This document shows positions 27,998 through 37,086 of a stretch of 64,000 nucleotides of DNA, piece by piece (position 1 is the stretch's first letter; each line of letters begins with the position of its first letter). The translations under genes and the position numbers were made by a program. The stretch comes from Anaerolineaceae bacterium. GTDB lineage: Bacteria > Chloroflexota > Anaerolineae > Anaerolineales > Anaerolineaceae. Below the pieces are notes generated by a model. The model worked only from the letters and a program-made list of their open reading frames with translations, ran no database searches and had not been told where the DNA came from. The stretch is taken from the NCBI GenBank assembly GCA_040765685.1, contig JAXGRS010000007.1, positions 21,079-85,078 on the forward strand, given 5' to 3'.

Positions 27998-28009
27998 ATT
28001 TGCTGATCA

Positions 28010-28097
<88 letters not shown>

Positions 28098-28100
28098 TTA

Positions 28101-28128
28101 GACCCGCAGTTTTCTGCGGGTTTTTTTC
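28101..28128 (+). terminator. rho-independent terminator of tRNA-Leu
   Basis: Stem acccgcag / ctgcgggt followed by a T7 run. Confidence 0.85.
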
Positions 28129-28164
28129 TTGTCCCAGTTCAGGGAATAGGGTAATATTAAGAGG

Positions 28165-28560
28165 ATGAAGCAATTCCTGGGTAAACTAAAAACCGTTTTT
28201 GATCCCAAAAAGCTGGGATTGATTGTGTTGGCGGTGGTTCTATTCTTCCTGGTGATGGATCTAAACTCCCGGTTGAACGAGTTGTCCCGTTTAACTGCTC
28301 AGCGCGATGACGCTGCAACCGTAGTTGCCAACCTGGAAAGTACTTTGCAGGTGCTGCAGACCAGCCAGGCATACGCCGGTTCAATTGGGGCTGTGGAGGA
28401 ATGGGCGTACAATGAAGGCCATATGGTACGCCCCGGTGAGCAGCTGGTCATCCCGATCTCTCCCCCTGGAACCACACCTGAACCGGTGATCGTTCCCACA
28501 CCCACGGTCGAGCCGGTAGAGAACTGGGAGATCTGGCTCGCGCTCATCCTTGGAGAATAA
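28165..28560 (+). CDS. septum formation initiator (FtsB/DivIC-like) protein
   Basis: A single TM helix, then a coiled-coil, then AVEEWAYNEGHMVRPGEQLVI, which resembles the DivIC C-terminal motif. Confidence 0.6.
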   Translation: MKQFLGKLKTVFDPKKLGLIVLAVVLFFLVMDLNSRLNELSRLTAQRDDAATVVANLESTLQVLQTSQAYAGSIGAVEEWAYNEGHMVRPGEQLVIPISPPGTTPEPVIVPTPTVEPVENWEIWLALILGE

Positions 28561-28561
28561 T

Positions 28562-28588
28562 CTCCCGCTCAGGCGGGAGTTTTTATTT
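28562..28588 (+). terminator. rho-independent terminator
   Basis: Stem ctcccgc / gcgggag with loop tcag, followed by tttttattt. Confidence 0.8.
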
Positions 28589-31500
28589 CAATCGATGGAT
28601 GGCAAGCATCGTTAGATCATCTGATGGCGGTTCACCTTTACGGAAAACATTGATCAGGTCTTCAAGGCTTTGCAATAATTCAGAAGCCGAACCGTACAAA
28701 TTCTCCTGCAGCGCGGTGACAAGGCGTGTTTCAGAGAATTGCTCTCCGGATGATGAAAATGCCTCGGTAACACCATCTGTGTAGAGCAACAAGGTATCTC
28801 TTTTTTCAAGTTGCAGTTTATGACAGACATATTGAACATTTTCGATCACGCCGAGCGCGATTCCCCCCTTGGCGAGTTTTTCTATCCGCCGGGTGTCTCC
28901 TCTGAACAGCAATGGCAGGTTGTGCCCGGCATTCGCGTATTCCAGTAATCCTGTTTTGGGGTCGAGGATGGCGAAGATCGCGGTGACAAACATGCCGTTT
29001 TGAGATTCCTCAACCAGTAATTCGTTCACACGGTTCAGTACTTCATCGGGTGAAGTAATGGATTGCGATGTGGCGCGGATCAGTGTGCGCGTCACTGTCA
29101 TATACAGGGCGGCCGGCATGCCCTTGTCAGATACATCGGCGATGGCAAATGCAAGGCGATTATCCCTTGTCAGAAATGCATCATAAAAATCTCCACCCAC
29201 CTCGCGGGCTGTTCGCCAGCGCAGGTCAATGTCCCAACCATCCACCCCTGGAATAAATTGCGGTAGAAAAGTCTTTTGAATTTGACGGGCCAGCTGAAAT
29301 TCTCGTTCAACCCGTTCGCGGCCGACCATTTCCTCTTTTAGTCTTTCGTTCTGGATGGCGAGGGCAGTCTGCTGGGCAACTCCTTTGATCAATTCGATCC
29401 TTTTTTGGTGATACGCTGCTTTGATGTTAGTCTCACGGGTGAGCATCACCCCATACTTCTCGCCCTTAATGCTCAATGGAAATGCCAGCAGCCAGTTGGA
29501 ATTATCAGGTGGTAATTTTGCCATGTCCTTATCACAGTTCAACATGCGCCAGTGCTCCACCTTCGTTTCTGAGTTTTCAAACTGGCAGCCCCCCATATTA
29601 TCGTTCCCGATCACTTCATCCAAAAGCATAAAATCACCTTGTGAATATGTGTGCTTCAGGATCTCTTCCTGTTCCGCGTGGGTAGGAGCAACGGCTTTGA
29701 TCGGAAGGTATCTCAAGTTGTTCTTTTCCCACTGATAAATGACACATGTATCCACACCCACAAGGATCGGCATCAGCTGCACGATAGTATCCAGGATATC
29801 CTCAAGTTTGTTCTGGCTCACTACCGCCTGGGCTACCTGTAACAACACCGCCGTAATGTATGCCTCTTCCTGACGATTTTCCAGCAGGCTGATATTTTCC
29901 AAACCTACAGCTGTTTGCTGGGCGATACCCTGCAGTATAGCCAGTGTTTGATCGTTGAAGCGATTGACCATTCCGAATTCGCTCTTACTATAATGAGCCA
30001 CCAGAAATGCTCCGCGTAATTCCCCATGCGCGATCAACGGAAGCAATACGAGGGTGGAATTCTTTTCAGAATAGGGCAAGGATTTTAGCCCCAATTCCAC
30101 TTTCGGGTCGGTGATGAATACCGGTGCCAGAGTGGCCGTTAATTTCAAAAATCCGATGGCATCTGTATCGAAGACCACCATTTCATGCTCACCAGGTTGA
30201 AAACCAAACCAGTTTTTTAGTTCGTACGAGTCTCCATCCTGCCGGATGAGATAGATCGCGCAACGCTCAACCCCAACCAGCAGGGGAGTGAGGCGAACCA
30301 TCGTGGAAAGAAGTGAATCAAGACTGTTGATCGACTGCATCGCTTCAGCTACCTGTAGAAGGACGGTGGATGACCAGGCCTCTTCCTGAGCGGTGGAGTA
30401 CAAGCGCGCGTTTTGAATGGCAACAGCCGCGTAGCTTGACAAGGTGGCGGCGATGGCAGCGGCTTCAGAGCCGTATCGACCTTCCTTGCGGTGGGCCAAT
30501 GTCAGCACTCCCAATATCTCATCACCAGAACGCAACGGAACAGCCAGTGAGGAGTAATTTGGTTTAAATTTACGGGCCGCCCCCAACGGACCGTACGGGT
30601 CTTCCGGTTTGCGGATCGTATACTGCTCGTTGTTAATACCGAGGTTTAGAAATGTACGCACACTGATCGACCCCCGGGTGGATTCAATTACTTTGCTTCT
30701 GGACACACCTCGTACAGCCGCAAGTTGAAGCGGTCTCTCTTCAATGGGAATACTGACATCATCGTCCAACAACCAGATTGAGGAAGCATCACAAGGTAGG
30801 TTGTTCTCAAGAGCTGAGAGCACCCGATCCAGCATATCCGGTAATGCCAGGTTCGAATTGAGCAGACCGGCGATGTCCCTGAAGCTATCCGCCACGTGGC
30901 GGCGCCATTTTTCGGTCCGGAACAAGGACGCGTTGCGGATCGATTGCGCAATACCGGATGCCAGGCTTTCGAATAACTTTTCATCCGATTGCGTAAAATG
31001 TTGAACCCGATCGGATTGCAGATCCAAAACACCAAGCACGTCATCCCCAAAGCGCAGAGGAACTGTTAATTCCGACTTAACTTTTTGGGAGAAGTATTTT
31101 GAAGGTTGATAAAGCGGTTCCTGTGATACGTCGTTCACGCGTAGGGTTAGACCTGTTCGAGCCACGTATGGAATGATGCCGATCGATGCATCAAGATCGA
31201 GGGCAAATGAGTTGGGTTTTAATTTGCGTGTTTGCGATCCATTTCCTGCTTCAAAGATCACTTTACGGCGGTTGGAGTGCACAGTGAAAATGTGCACAAA
31301 GGGTATTGAAAAATGTTTCTCGATGACGTTGACGACTTCTTTGAAAAGAGCATCCAGGTCCAGGATCGAGCTGATAGCGCTTCCGATTTCCGCCACAGCC
31401 GTCATTTGAGCAGCGCGTTGCTCAAGTGAGTGAAACAGCCGTGCTGACTCAACTGCCAGAGCAATCGAGTCTGCCAGAGATCTTAGAACGAGCATGTCAT

Positions 31501-32389
31501 TCTCATGAAAACTGCCAGGTTTGGTACTTTGAATATCCAATACACCCAGGATGCGTTGTTCAATTCTCAGAGGCAGGACGACCTCGGCACGTGTATCTGG
31601 TAAAGCTTCTACAGGCAAATAAAGGGGTTCCTTAGTCACGTCTTTGATGACGAATTCCTGGCCCGTTTTTGCAGAAGCGTAAACCAGTCCTTTTTCATAG
31701 TTCAGATCCAGCAGCGGATTTTTTTGCTGAGGCTCGCATTTCAAAGAACTCGCCCGAAATATTAACTTGCCGGTAATTTCATCGATTGTAAAAATCCCAA
31801 CGTGATAGTAGTCAAAAGTACACTGGATCAGGTTGGTAACCCGTACACAAAGCTCATCCAAATTGAGCACATTTGCGATTTGGGATGTAACTGATCGCAC
31901 CAGAGAGATTTGATCATAGCGCCAGTTCTTTAAAGCTGACTGGCGGTTAACCTGCATGGCTAGTGCAGCTACAGCGGTCAGGGATTTTAGCTCAGCAATT
32001 TCAGATGAAGAAAATGAGTATTCAACCGGTCTAAAGGCGTAAAGAACACCAAGGAAATTTCCTTGTGTGGTAACCGGAAGCGCTACTGCGTTAGGTTGAA
32101 CCGATTTAGTAGCCCTGTTCTTCCTGGTTTTAACCAGTTCCCTGGTCTTATAACATTTTTCGACAATGGCTGGAGCTGTATCTGTGGGGATCGTTTTTAC
32201 TGGAGGTTCACCTGGCAACGGATAAAACGGTTCTGCCAACCAAAGCTGTGCCTCACAATCCAGTTTTCCTTTTATGTAAGCAGCAAGATGATTGCACAAA
32301 CTCAGCGAATCCGGTTGTTTGACCAGGTTTTCGCCGAGTGCGAGCAGGTCATTCCAGAGCGTTGAAAACTCCGTGGGATCGGGGTCCAT
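28583..32389 (-). CDS. six-GAF-domain sensor fused to PP2C-type (SpoIIE/RsbU) serine phosphatase
   Basis: 1268 aa with six successive blocks of about 165 aa. Blocks 2-6 end in GAF-like patterns such as LPLRxxxxxLGVLDxQS…ARLF, while the N-terminal block is degenerate. The C-terminus matches PP2C (REFQLARQIQKTFLP, GGDFYD, ADVSDKG, YANAGH, LLLYTDGVTEA). Confidence 0.85.
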   Translation of the reverse strand: MDPDPTEFSTLWNDLLALGENLVKQPDSLSLCNHLAAYIKGKLDCEAQLWLAEPFYPLPGEPPVKTIPTDTAPAIVEKCYKTRELVKTRKNRATKSVQPNAVALPVTTQGNFLGVLYAFRPVEYSFSSSEIAELKSLTAVAALAMQVNRQSALKNWRYDQISLVRSVTSQIANVLNLDELCVRVTNLIQCTFDYYHVGIFTIDEITGKLIFRASSLKCEPQQKNPLLDLNYEKGLVYASAKTGQEFVIKDVTKEPLYLPVEALPDTRAEVVLPLRIEQRILGVLDIQSTKPGSFHENDMLVLRSLADSIALAVESARLFHSLEQRAAQMTAVAEIGSAISSILDLDALFKEVVNVIEKHFSIPFVHIFTVHSNRRKVIFEAGNGSQTRKLKPNSFALDLDASIGIIPYVARTGLTLRVNDVSQEPLYQPSKYFSQKVKSELTVPLRFGDDVLGVLDLQSDRVQHFTQSDEKLFESLASGIAQSIRNASLFRTEKWRRHVADSFRDIAGLLNSNLALPDMLDRVLSALENNLPCDASSIWLLDDDVSIPIEERPLQLAAVRGVSRSKVIESTRGSISVRTFLNLGINNEQYTIRKPEDPYGPLGAARKFKPNYSSLAVPLRSGDEILGVLTLAHRKEGRYGSEAAAIAATLSSYAAVAIQNARLYSTAQEEAWSSTVLLQVAEAMQSINSLDSLLSTMVRLTPLLVGVERCAIYLIRQDGDSYELKNWFGFQPGEHEMVVFDTDAIGFLKLTATLAPVFITDPKVELGLKSLPYSEKNSTLVLLPLIAHGELRGAFLVAHYSKSEFGMVNRFNDQTLAILQGIAQQTAVGLENISLLENRQEEAYITAVLLQVAQAVVSQNKLEDILDTIVQLMPILVGVDTCVIYQWEKNNLRYLPIKAVAPTHAEQEEILKHTYSQGDFMLLDEVIGNDNMGGCQFENSETKVEHWRMLNCDKDMAKLPPDNSNWLLAFPLSIKGEKYGVMLTRETNIKAAYHQKRIELIKGVAQQTALAIQNERLKEEMVGRERVEREFQLARQIQKTFLPQFIPGVDGWDIDLRWRTAREVGGDFYDAFLTRDNRLAFAIADVSDKGMPAALYMTVTRTLIRATSQSITSPDEVLNRVNELLVEESQNGMFVTAIFAILDPKTGLLEYANAGHNLPLLFRGDTRRIEKLAKGGIALGVIENVQYVCHKLQLEKRDTLLLYTDGVTEAFSSSGEQFSETRLVTALQENLYGSASELLQSLEDLINVFRKGEPPSDDLTMLAIHRLK

Positions 32390-32797
32390 TTATTTTTTTC
32401 TTTTGATCAAGGTTAATCGATTTTGGCTATCTGAAAACTCGAAATGGACAACATCGGTCAGCTGGCACATTAAGTAATAACCGAGCCCATGGTTTTTGCG
32501 GTTCTCCAGTTGGATAGATAGATCAGGGGCTGCAACACAGGAAGGGTCAAATGGCTGACCAAAATCCTCGAGGATGACCTCTATCCCGTCCGCGATCGGT
32601 TTACAGATAAGGTTGATTTCGCCGAGACCTTCTCCGCCATAAGCATGTTCGATAATATTGGAAACAGCCTCATCTACGGCTGTTTCCAATTCAAATATTT
32701 CCTTATTAGAAAGCCCGGCTTCCTTACCTTCCAGCCTGATGAATTCTGCAATTTCCGCCAGACTCTCAAAGTTGCCGGGAAAGGTGCGTAATGCCAT
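32390..32797 (-). CDS. anti-sigma-factor-type serine kinase (RsbW/SpoIIAB-like HATPase)
   Basis: 135 aa with N-box AVDEAVSNIIEHAY and G-box-like HGLGYYLM. Its stop directly abuts the downstream ATG (TAAATG). Confidence 0.8.
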   Translation of the reverse strand: MALRTFPGNFESLAEIAEFIRLEGKEAGLSNKEIFELETAVDEAVSNIIEHAYGGEGLGEINLICKPIADGIEVILEDFGQPFDPSCVAAPDLSIQLENRKNHGLGYYLMCQLTDVVHFEFSDSQNRLTLIKRKK

Positions 32798-32808
32798 TTA
32801 TGCTCTGA

Positions 32809-33144
32809 TTAAAAAGACCCCACCGCCGAGAGTACATCATCGTGTATTTTGAAGATCGAGGTGAATCCGGCCAGGTCAAAAACGGAGTGAATGTTTTCTT
32901 GCATGCCGGCGAGCACCAGATCGCCACGGTTGTACCTGCGACAATTTTTCAATGTTGCGATCAGGACGCGCAGCCCTGCACTGGAAATAAAGTTGACATC
33001 AGTGAAATCAATTACAAGTTTATATCGACCCTGGTCATTGATCCTATTGATCGCTTCAGCCAGTTGAGGCGAGGTAGCGCTGTCAATTCTACCGGTCACC
33101 TTAATCACATCACAGTGTTTAAATTGGGAAGTCGATATCTCCAT
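32809..33144 (-). CDS. STAS-domain anti-sigma-factor antagonist (RsbV/SpoIIAA-like)
   Basis: 111 aa carrying DFTDVNFISSAGLRVLI with the conserved phosphorylatable Ser. Confidence 0.85.
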   Translation of the reverse strand: MEISTSQFKHCDVIKVTGRIDSATSPQLAEAINRINDQGRYKLVIDFTDVNFISSAGLRVLIATLKNCRRYNRGDLVLAGMQENIHSVFDLAGFTSIFKIHDDVLSAVGSF

Positions 33145-33332
33145 TTTATCCTCTCAGCGCGAATCTTGGATTGAATCCATCTGAATTATTATATCATGAG
33201 CATTTTCCTTGACATTTTGTTATGTAAAATTACCTGTAAATTTGTGGTATCATGAAAAAAATCGCTCTATACTTGACTCGATAAAAACAGCAGTACAACA
33301 TAATCGATTTTCTTTAACATAATAGGACTGAC

Positions 33333-34076
33333 ATGGAACAAAAAGATAATCCTCAAGATGTAATTAACAAGTATGCCAAAAGACAGCGATATATGCCTTA
33401 CATCCTCGGCGGTTTGGCTGGAATTCTTGCGCTGGTTGGCATACTATTGATCATAAGCGTGGCAACAGGTGGAGGAAATATTTTCAAATCCGTTTTCTCA
33501 ACCAAAACACCAACGCCCACTGCCACTTTTACGCCGACTGCCACAGTTCCTTCGCCGACACCCACAATCACTCCGACAGAAACTCTTACCCCTACTCCTA
33601 CGCTCACCAATACTCCAACTGGACCGCAGATCTACACAGTTCAACAGGGCGATGATTGCTGGAGTCTGGCCACAACATTTGATGTGGATCTGCTGGTACT
33701 GCTCGCAATGAACAGTTTTGCGCCTGGCACCTGCCCGATCCAACCCGGGATGCAGATCATGATTCCGCAACCGGGTCAGGCATTGCCCACAGCAACTCCG
33801 CTGCCCACCGGTCTGCCGCGGGGTTATGAGATCGAATACATGATCCTTTCGGGTGAGACACTGGCTGACCTGGCCACACGGTTTAATAGTACCGTTGAAG
33901 ACATCATGAATATCAATAAAATCGATGATGAGAATACGGTTTATGCCGGCCAGGTCATCAAAATCCGCATCAACCTGGTTACCCCAACACCGACCATTGC
34001 GCCCACAAGTACACTGGCTGGGGTGCTTATCACCGCCCCGCCATCCGCCACGCCGGCAGTGACCGCTACACCCTGA
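33333..34076 (+). CDS. membrane-anchored protein with two LysM domains and Thr/Pro-rich linkers
   Basis: TM anchor, TPTPT low-complexity linkers, and two LysM repeats (YTVQQGDDCWSLA…, YMILSGETLADLATRFN…). Confidence 0.8.
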   Translation: MEQKDNPQDVINKYAKRQRYMPYILGGLAGILALVGILLIISVATGGGNIFKSVFSTKTPTPTATFTPTATVPSPTPTITPTETLTPTPTLTNTPTGPQIYTVQQGDDCWSLATTFDVDLLVLLAMNSFAPGTCPIQPGMQIMIPQPGQALPTATPLPTGLPRGYEIEYMILSGETLADLATRFNSTVEDIMNINKIDDENTVYAGQVIKIRINLVTPTPTIAPTSTLAGVLITAPPSATPAVTATP

Positions 34077-34097
34077 CCACTTTCTTATGACGTTTTA

Positions 34098-34127
34098 AAT
34101 CCCTTCCAGAATTCTGGAAGGGATTTT
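34098..34127. terminator. bidirectional hairpin terminator
   Basis: Perfect palindrome aaatcccttccagaattctggaagggattt between convergent genes. Confidence 0.8.
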
Positions 34128-34129
34128 GG

Positions 34130-35200
34130 TTATTTACGGTTAATCTTGCCCAATGCCCAACTCGCAGTGCATTGCAATACAGGGTCAGTTTCGAACTCGA
34201 GCAACTGACTTATCGTCTCAATAGGATGTGCTATACCAGCATTCCCGAAAAAGATCAGGATATTGCGCTTAAGACCGGTCAACCTGACTCGTGAGACCGG
34301 TGTGGTTCCGAATCGGCGAATAAACTCAGCTTCATCCATTTTTAGTATCGCTTCCATTTGTTCAATACCCAGACTATTCGGGATTATTGGGAAGGTCTGA
34401 TCTGGTGGCGCAAACCTATTCCATGGACATACGACCTGGCAAATTTCACACCCGAATAACTGGTTGGAAAAACGCTCCATCATCGGATGCGGAATTATCT
34501 TGCGGTTCTCAATGCTGTGGTAGCTGAGGCATTGGCTGCTGTCGACCGTCCGGTCAGGTTGGATGCACCCGGAAGGGCAGGCGTCTAAACATTTGGTGCA
34601 CGATCCGCAGCGGTCAACATCCACAATAGCATCAGGTTGAAGTGGGATATCGGTAAAAATTTCCGCCAGCACGAATCCTGAACCCAGCTTAGGTGAAATC
34701 AGGCACCCGTTCTTTCCGATCCAGCCAAGCCCAGCGCGCTGAGCTAACTCACGTTCCAGGATTGGTGCGTTATCCGTGAAAACCCTTGGTCGGGTTGACA
34801 CTGTGCAAGATTCAACCAGAAAATCGATCAGTGGCTGCAACAACCTTGGGATGCGTAGATGGTAGTCTTCTTCAACAGCGTACCCGCTGATTATGCCTCT
34901 TTCACGTTGGTCGATTTGCAGGGGATCAGACAGCCTGTACGGCAGGCCCAGGATGATGATCGACCTGAGATCGGGAAAAAGGGCAGCGGGATCCTTGCGC
35001 ATCTCTTTATGATAGGCGGTCTCCAGGTAAACCATGCCGCCATGGTGCTGCCTGGCGAGCCAATCCAGGTAGCGGGAATATCCCGCGGGTGGTTCAGCGG
35101 TGGTGATCCCGCATATAGCAAAGCCAAGGCTGGCTGCCCTGGCTTTGATCTCATTTTCTAATGTGACCGGTTGCATAATGCTAGGTTTAGGGAATTGCAC
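34130..35200 (-). CDS. queG: epoxyqueuosine reductase
   Basis: Two ferredoxin-type clusters (CGSCTKCLDACP, CEICQVVCPWN), a cobalamin-binding-type N-terminal half, and a HEAT-like C-terminus. Confidence 0.85.
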   Translation of the reverse strand: MQFPKPSIMQPVTLENEIKARAASLGFAICGITTAEPPAGYSRYLDWLARQHHGGMVYLETAYHKEMRKDPAALFPDLRSIIILGLPYRLSDPLQIDQRERGIISGYAVEEDYHLRIPRLLQPLIDFLVESCTVSTRPRVFTDNAPILERELAQRAGLGWIGKNGCLISPKLGSGFVLAEIFTDIPLQPDAIVDVDRCGSCTKCLDACPSGCIQPDRTVDSSQCLSYHSIENRKIIPHPMMERFSNQLFGCEICQVVCPWNRFAPPDQTFPIIPNSLGIEQMEAILKMDEAEFIRRFGTTPVSRVRLTGLKRNILIFFGNAGIAHPIETISQLLEFETDPVLQCTASWALGKINRK

Positions 35201-35957
35201 TTGGATCTGCGGTCGGTTCCTCTGTTGGTGGCACTTCGGTAGTTGAAGTTGGTGTGGCAGTTTTTGGTTTCTTGGTGGCTGACGGTGCAGGTGTGGCTGT
35301 CAGACCCGGAATGGTTGGAGTGGGATTGCCCACTTTAATGGTGATGCTGACCACATCCCCGAAATAATAACCGTTTGAACTTAGTAACTTCCAGTAACTG
35401 CTGTAAACACCCGGTGTTACGGGGGCAGTGAAGGGTACACTCACGTCTGCGTATTCGCCCGGTGCCACACTTTTTGGGATCTTGAAAGTAAGCACTCCAT
35501 TCTTGCCCATCAGGTTGCCTTCGAGATACTGGATAGAATAATCGGTCGTCCATGTGGTTTTTCCGATATTTTGAAAACGCCATGTCTTGGTGAATTGTTC
35601 GCCAGCTTTCAGGGTTGATCCGTCCGGAATGGTCACGTCAGAAACAAAGTTCGCGTTATCTGAAGAGGTGCCGCTGGGTTGCGTAGGGATGACAACCGGT
35701 GTAGCAGTACCTGCAGCTCCTTCAAGGGTATTTGTGGGCGCAGCAGGGGTGATGGTGAGTGTTTGAGTAGGCGGAACGGGGGTGTTCGTGCTGGTTGGGA
35801 TAATTGGAGCAGACATGGTTAGTTGAGCCTGCACGGTCGCCGCGATTTCGGTCATTTTCTGATTTGGATCAGCTGTTGATTTTGATCCACATGCCGTGAG
35901 AATCAACGTGCTGATCAGTATTGTAAATACGATCAATTTGATGTTTATTCGTTTCAT
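35187..35957 (-). CDS. lipoprotein with NBR1-type Ig-like (N_BRCA1_IG-like) domain
   Basis: Lipobox LILTACGS, Thr/Pro linkers, and DVTIPDGSTLKAGEQFTKTWRFQNIGKTTW…PGVYSSYWKL. ATG 35957 has GGAGG upstream. The track starts at 36023. Confidence 0.6.
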   Translation of the reverse strand: MKRINIKLIVFTILISTLILTACGSKSTADPNQKMTEIAATVQAQLTMSAPIIPTSTNTPVPPTQTLTITPAAPTNTLEGAAGTATPVVIPTQPSGTSSDNANFVSDVTIPDGSTLKAGEQFTKTWRFQNIGKTTWTTDYSIQYLEGNLMGKNGVLTFKIPKSVAPGEYADVSVPFTAPVTPGVYSSYWKLLSSNGYYFGDVVSITIKVGNPTPTIPGLTATPAPSATKKPKTATPTSTTEVPPTEEPTADPSAIP

Positions 35958-36048
35958 TGTCTTGCTTCCTCCAGGTTCAAAACGTACCCGACCAATTGTC
36001 AGGCAAGTTGAGGAGGTTGTCAAGTACGGCTTCGCGGATTGATTGAAG

Positions 36049-37086
36049 TTATTTCAGAAAATCAGTATTCAAGCTGTCTGGGGGTACTCCTGGAACAAAA
36101 CCTTTTGTCCCCTCGAAGTTTATATAATTAATGACTCCCGGGTTGATCTCGATGGTGGACTGGTATTTTTTATAGTTGTACCACGTGGATACCTGGTATG
36201 AACCAGCTGGCAGATCGCTCAAAACGTAATTTTCTTTGTAATAAGCATCGTTTACGTGGCGATTGAAGACATTTATATCGTACGTTTTGATCACCCACTC
36301 CCTGCCACTCTCCAGAGAGGTCAGGGTGAACTCCCATCCAAATAATAGATAACCGGATTGATTGGAGATCCGACCTGCAAGTACACCATGCTCCAACGGT
36401 GGGGTTAACCACAATTCAGGATTCTGGATCATTTGTCCTTCATCATTGCCGATGCGTACTTCATAATGTAAATGAGGGCCGCTGGTATTACCGGTTAATC
36501 CAACCGCGCCGATGGTCTGGCCGGTCTTCACTTCTTCACCTTCCTTCACCACTGTTTTTTGAAGGTGAGCGTAAACTGTATAAATCGTGCGACCTGAATA
36601 CTTTTCTGTGTGTCTGATCTTTACCGCGATTCCATACGGATCTTTTTTATTCCCTGCTCCATACAGAAGCCCGTAGCCTGCAAACTCGACAATGCCATCA
36701 CCCGAAGCCATCACTGGTGTACTCACCAATGCCGGAAGATCTAATCCGGTGTGAAGGGTTCCAGCTTTATTCACCCGGAATCCATAACGGTATTCCGCTG
36801 TTTGCCAGGTGATGTACTCATAGTTCAGTGGACTCTCTAATAGAAAATGATCGTGTGGTGAGAGCGCAAGCGGGGCGCTATAATGAAAAACGCGATTGGA
36901 AGAGAGCGACCCTTCTCCGGTAACATCTGGTTGAGATTTTTGTGGATCTGATGCCTTTATCTGGCTAGTCTCACCGGTATCGGGAGACCAGGCAAACACA
37001 TCACTATTAATCAGTGATAAGGAAATTGTAATCGTTATAAACAGGAGGATCGTAAAAAAGCTGGCAAATAGTCGCGGTATTCTCAT
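36049..37086 (-). CDS. M23-family metallopeptidase
   Basis: HTGLDL and GNTSGPHLHYEVR motifs, N-terminal signal/TM. The ATG overlaps the upstream stop (ATGA at 37086-37083). Confidence 0.8.
   Translation of the reverse strand: MRIPRLFASFFTILLFITITISLSLINSDVFAWSPDTGETSQIKASDPQKSQPDVTGEGSLSSNRVFHYSAPLALSPHDHFLLESPLNYEYITWQTAEYRYGFRVNKAGTLHTGLDLPALVSTPVMASGDGIVEFAGYGLLYGAGNKKDPYGIAVKIRHTEKYSGRTIYTVYAHLQKTVVKEGEEVKTGQTIGAVGLTGNTSGPHLHYEVRIGNDEGQMIQNPELWLTPPLEHGVLAGRISNQSGYLLFGWEFTLTSLESGREWVIKTYDINVFNRHVNDAYYKENYVLSDLPAGSYQVSTWYNYKKYQSTIEINPGVINYINFEGTKGFVPGVPPDSLNTDFLK

Noticed and set aside
33398-33610. Minus-strand ORF rich in VGVGV repeats
   Set aside because: It is the reverse complement of the ACN-CCN (Thr/Pro) linker repeats of the LysM protein. 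It is a compositional artefact.
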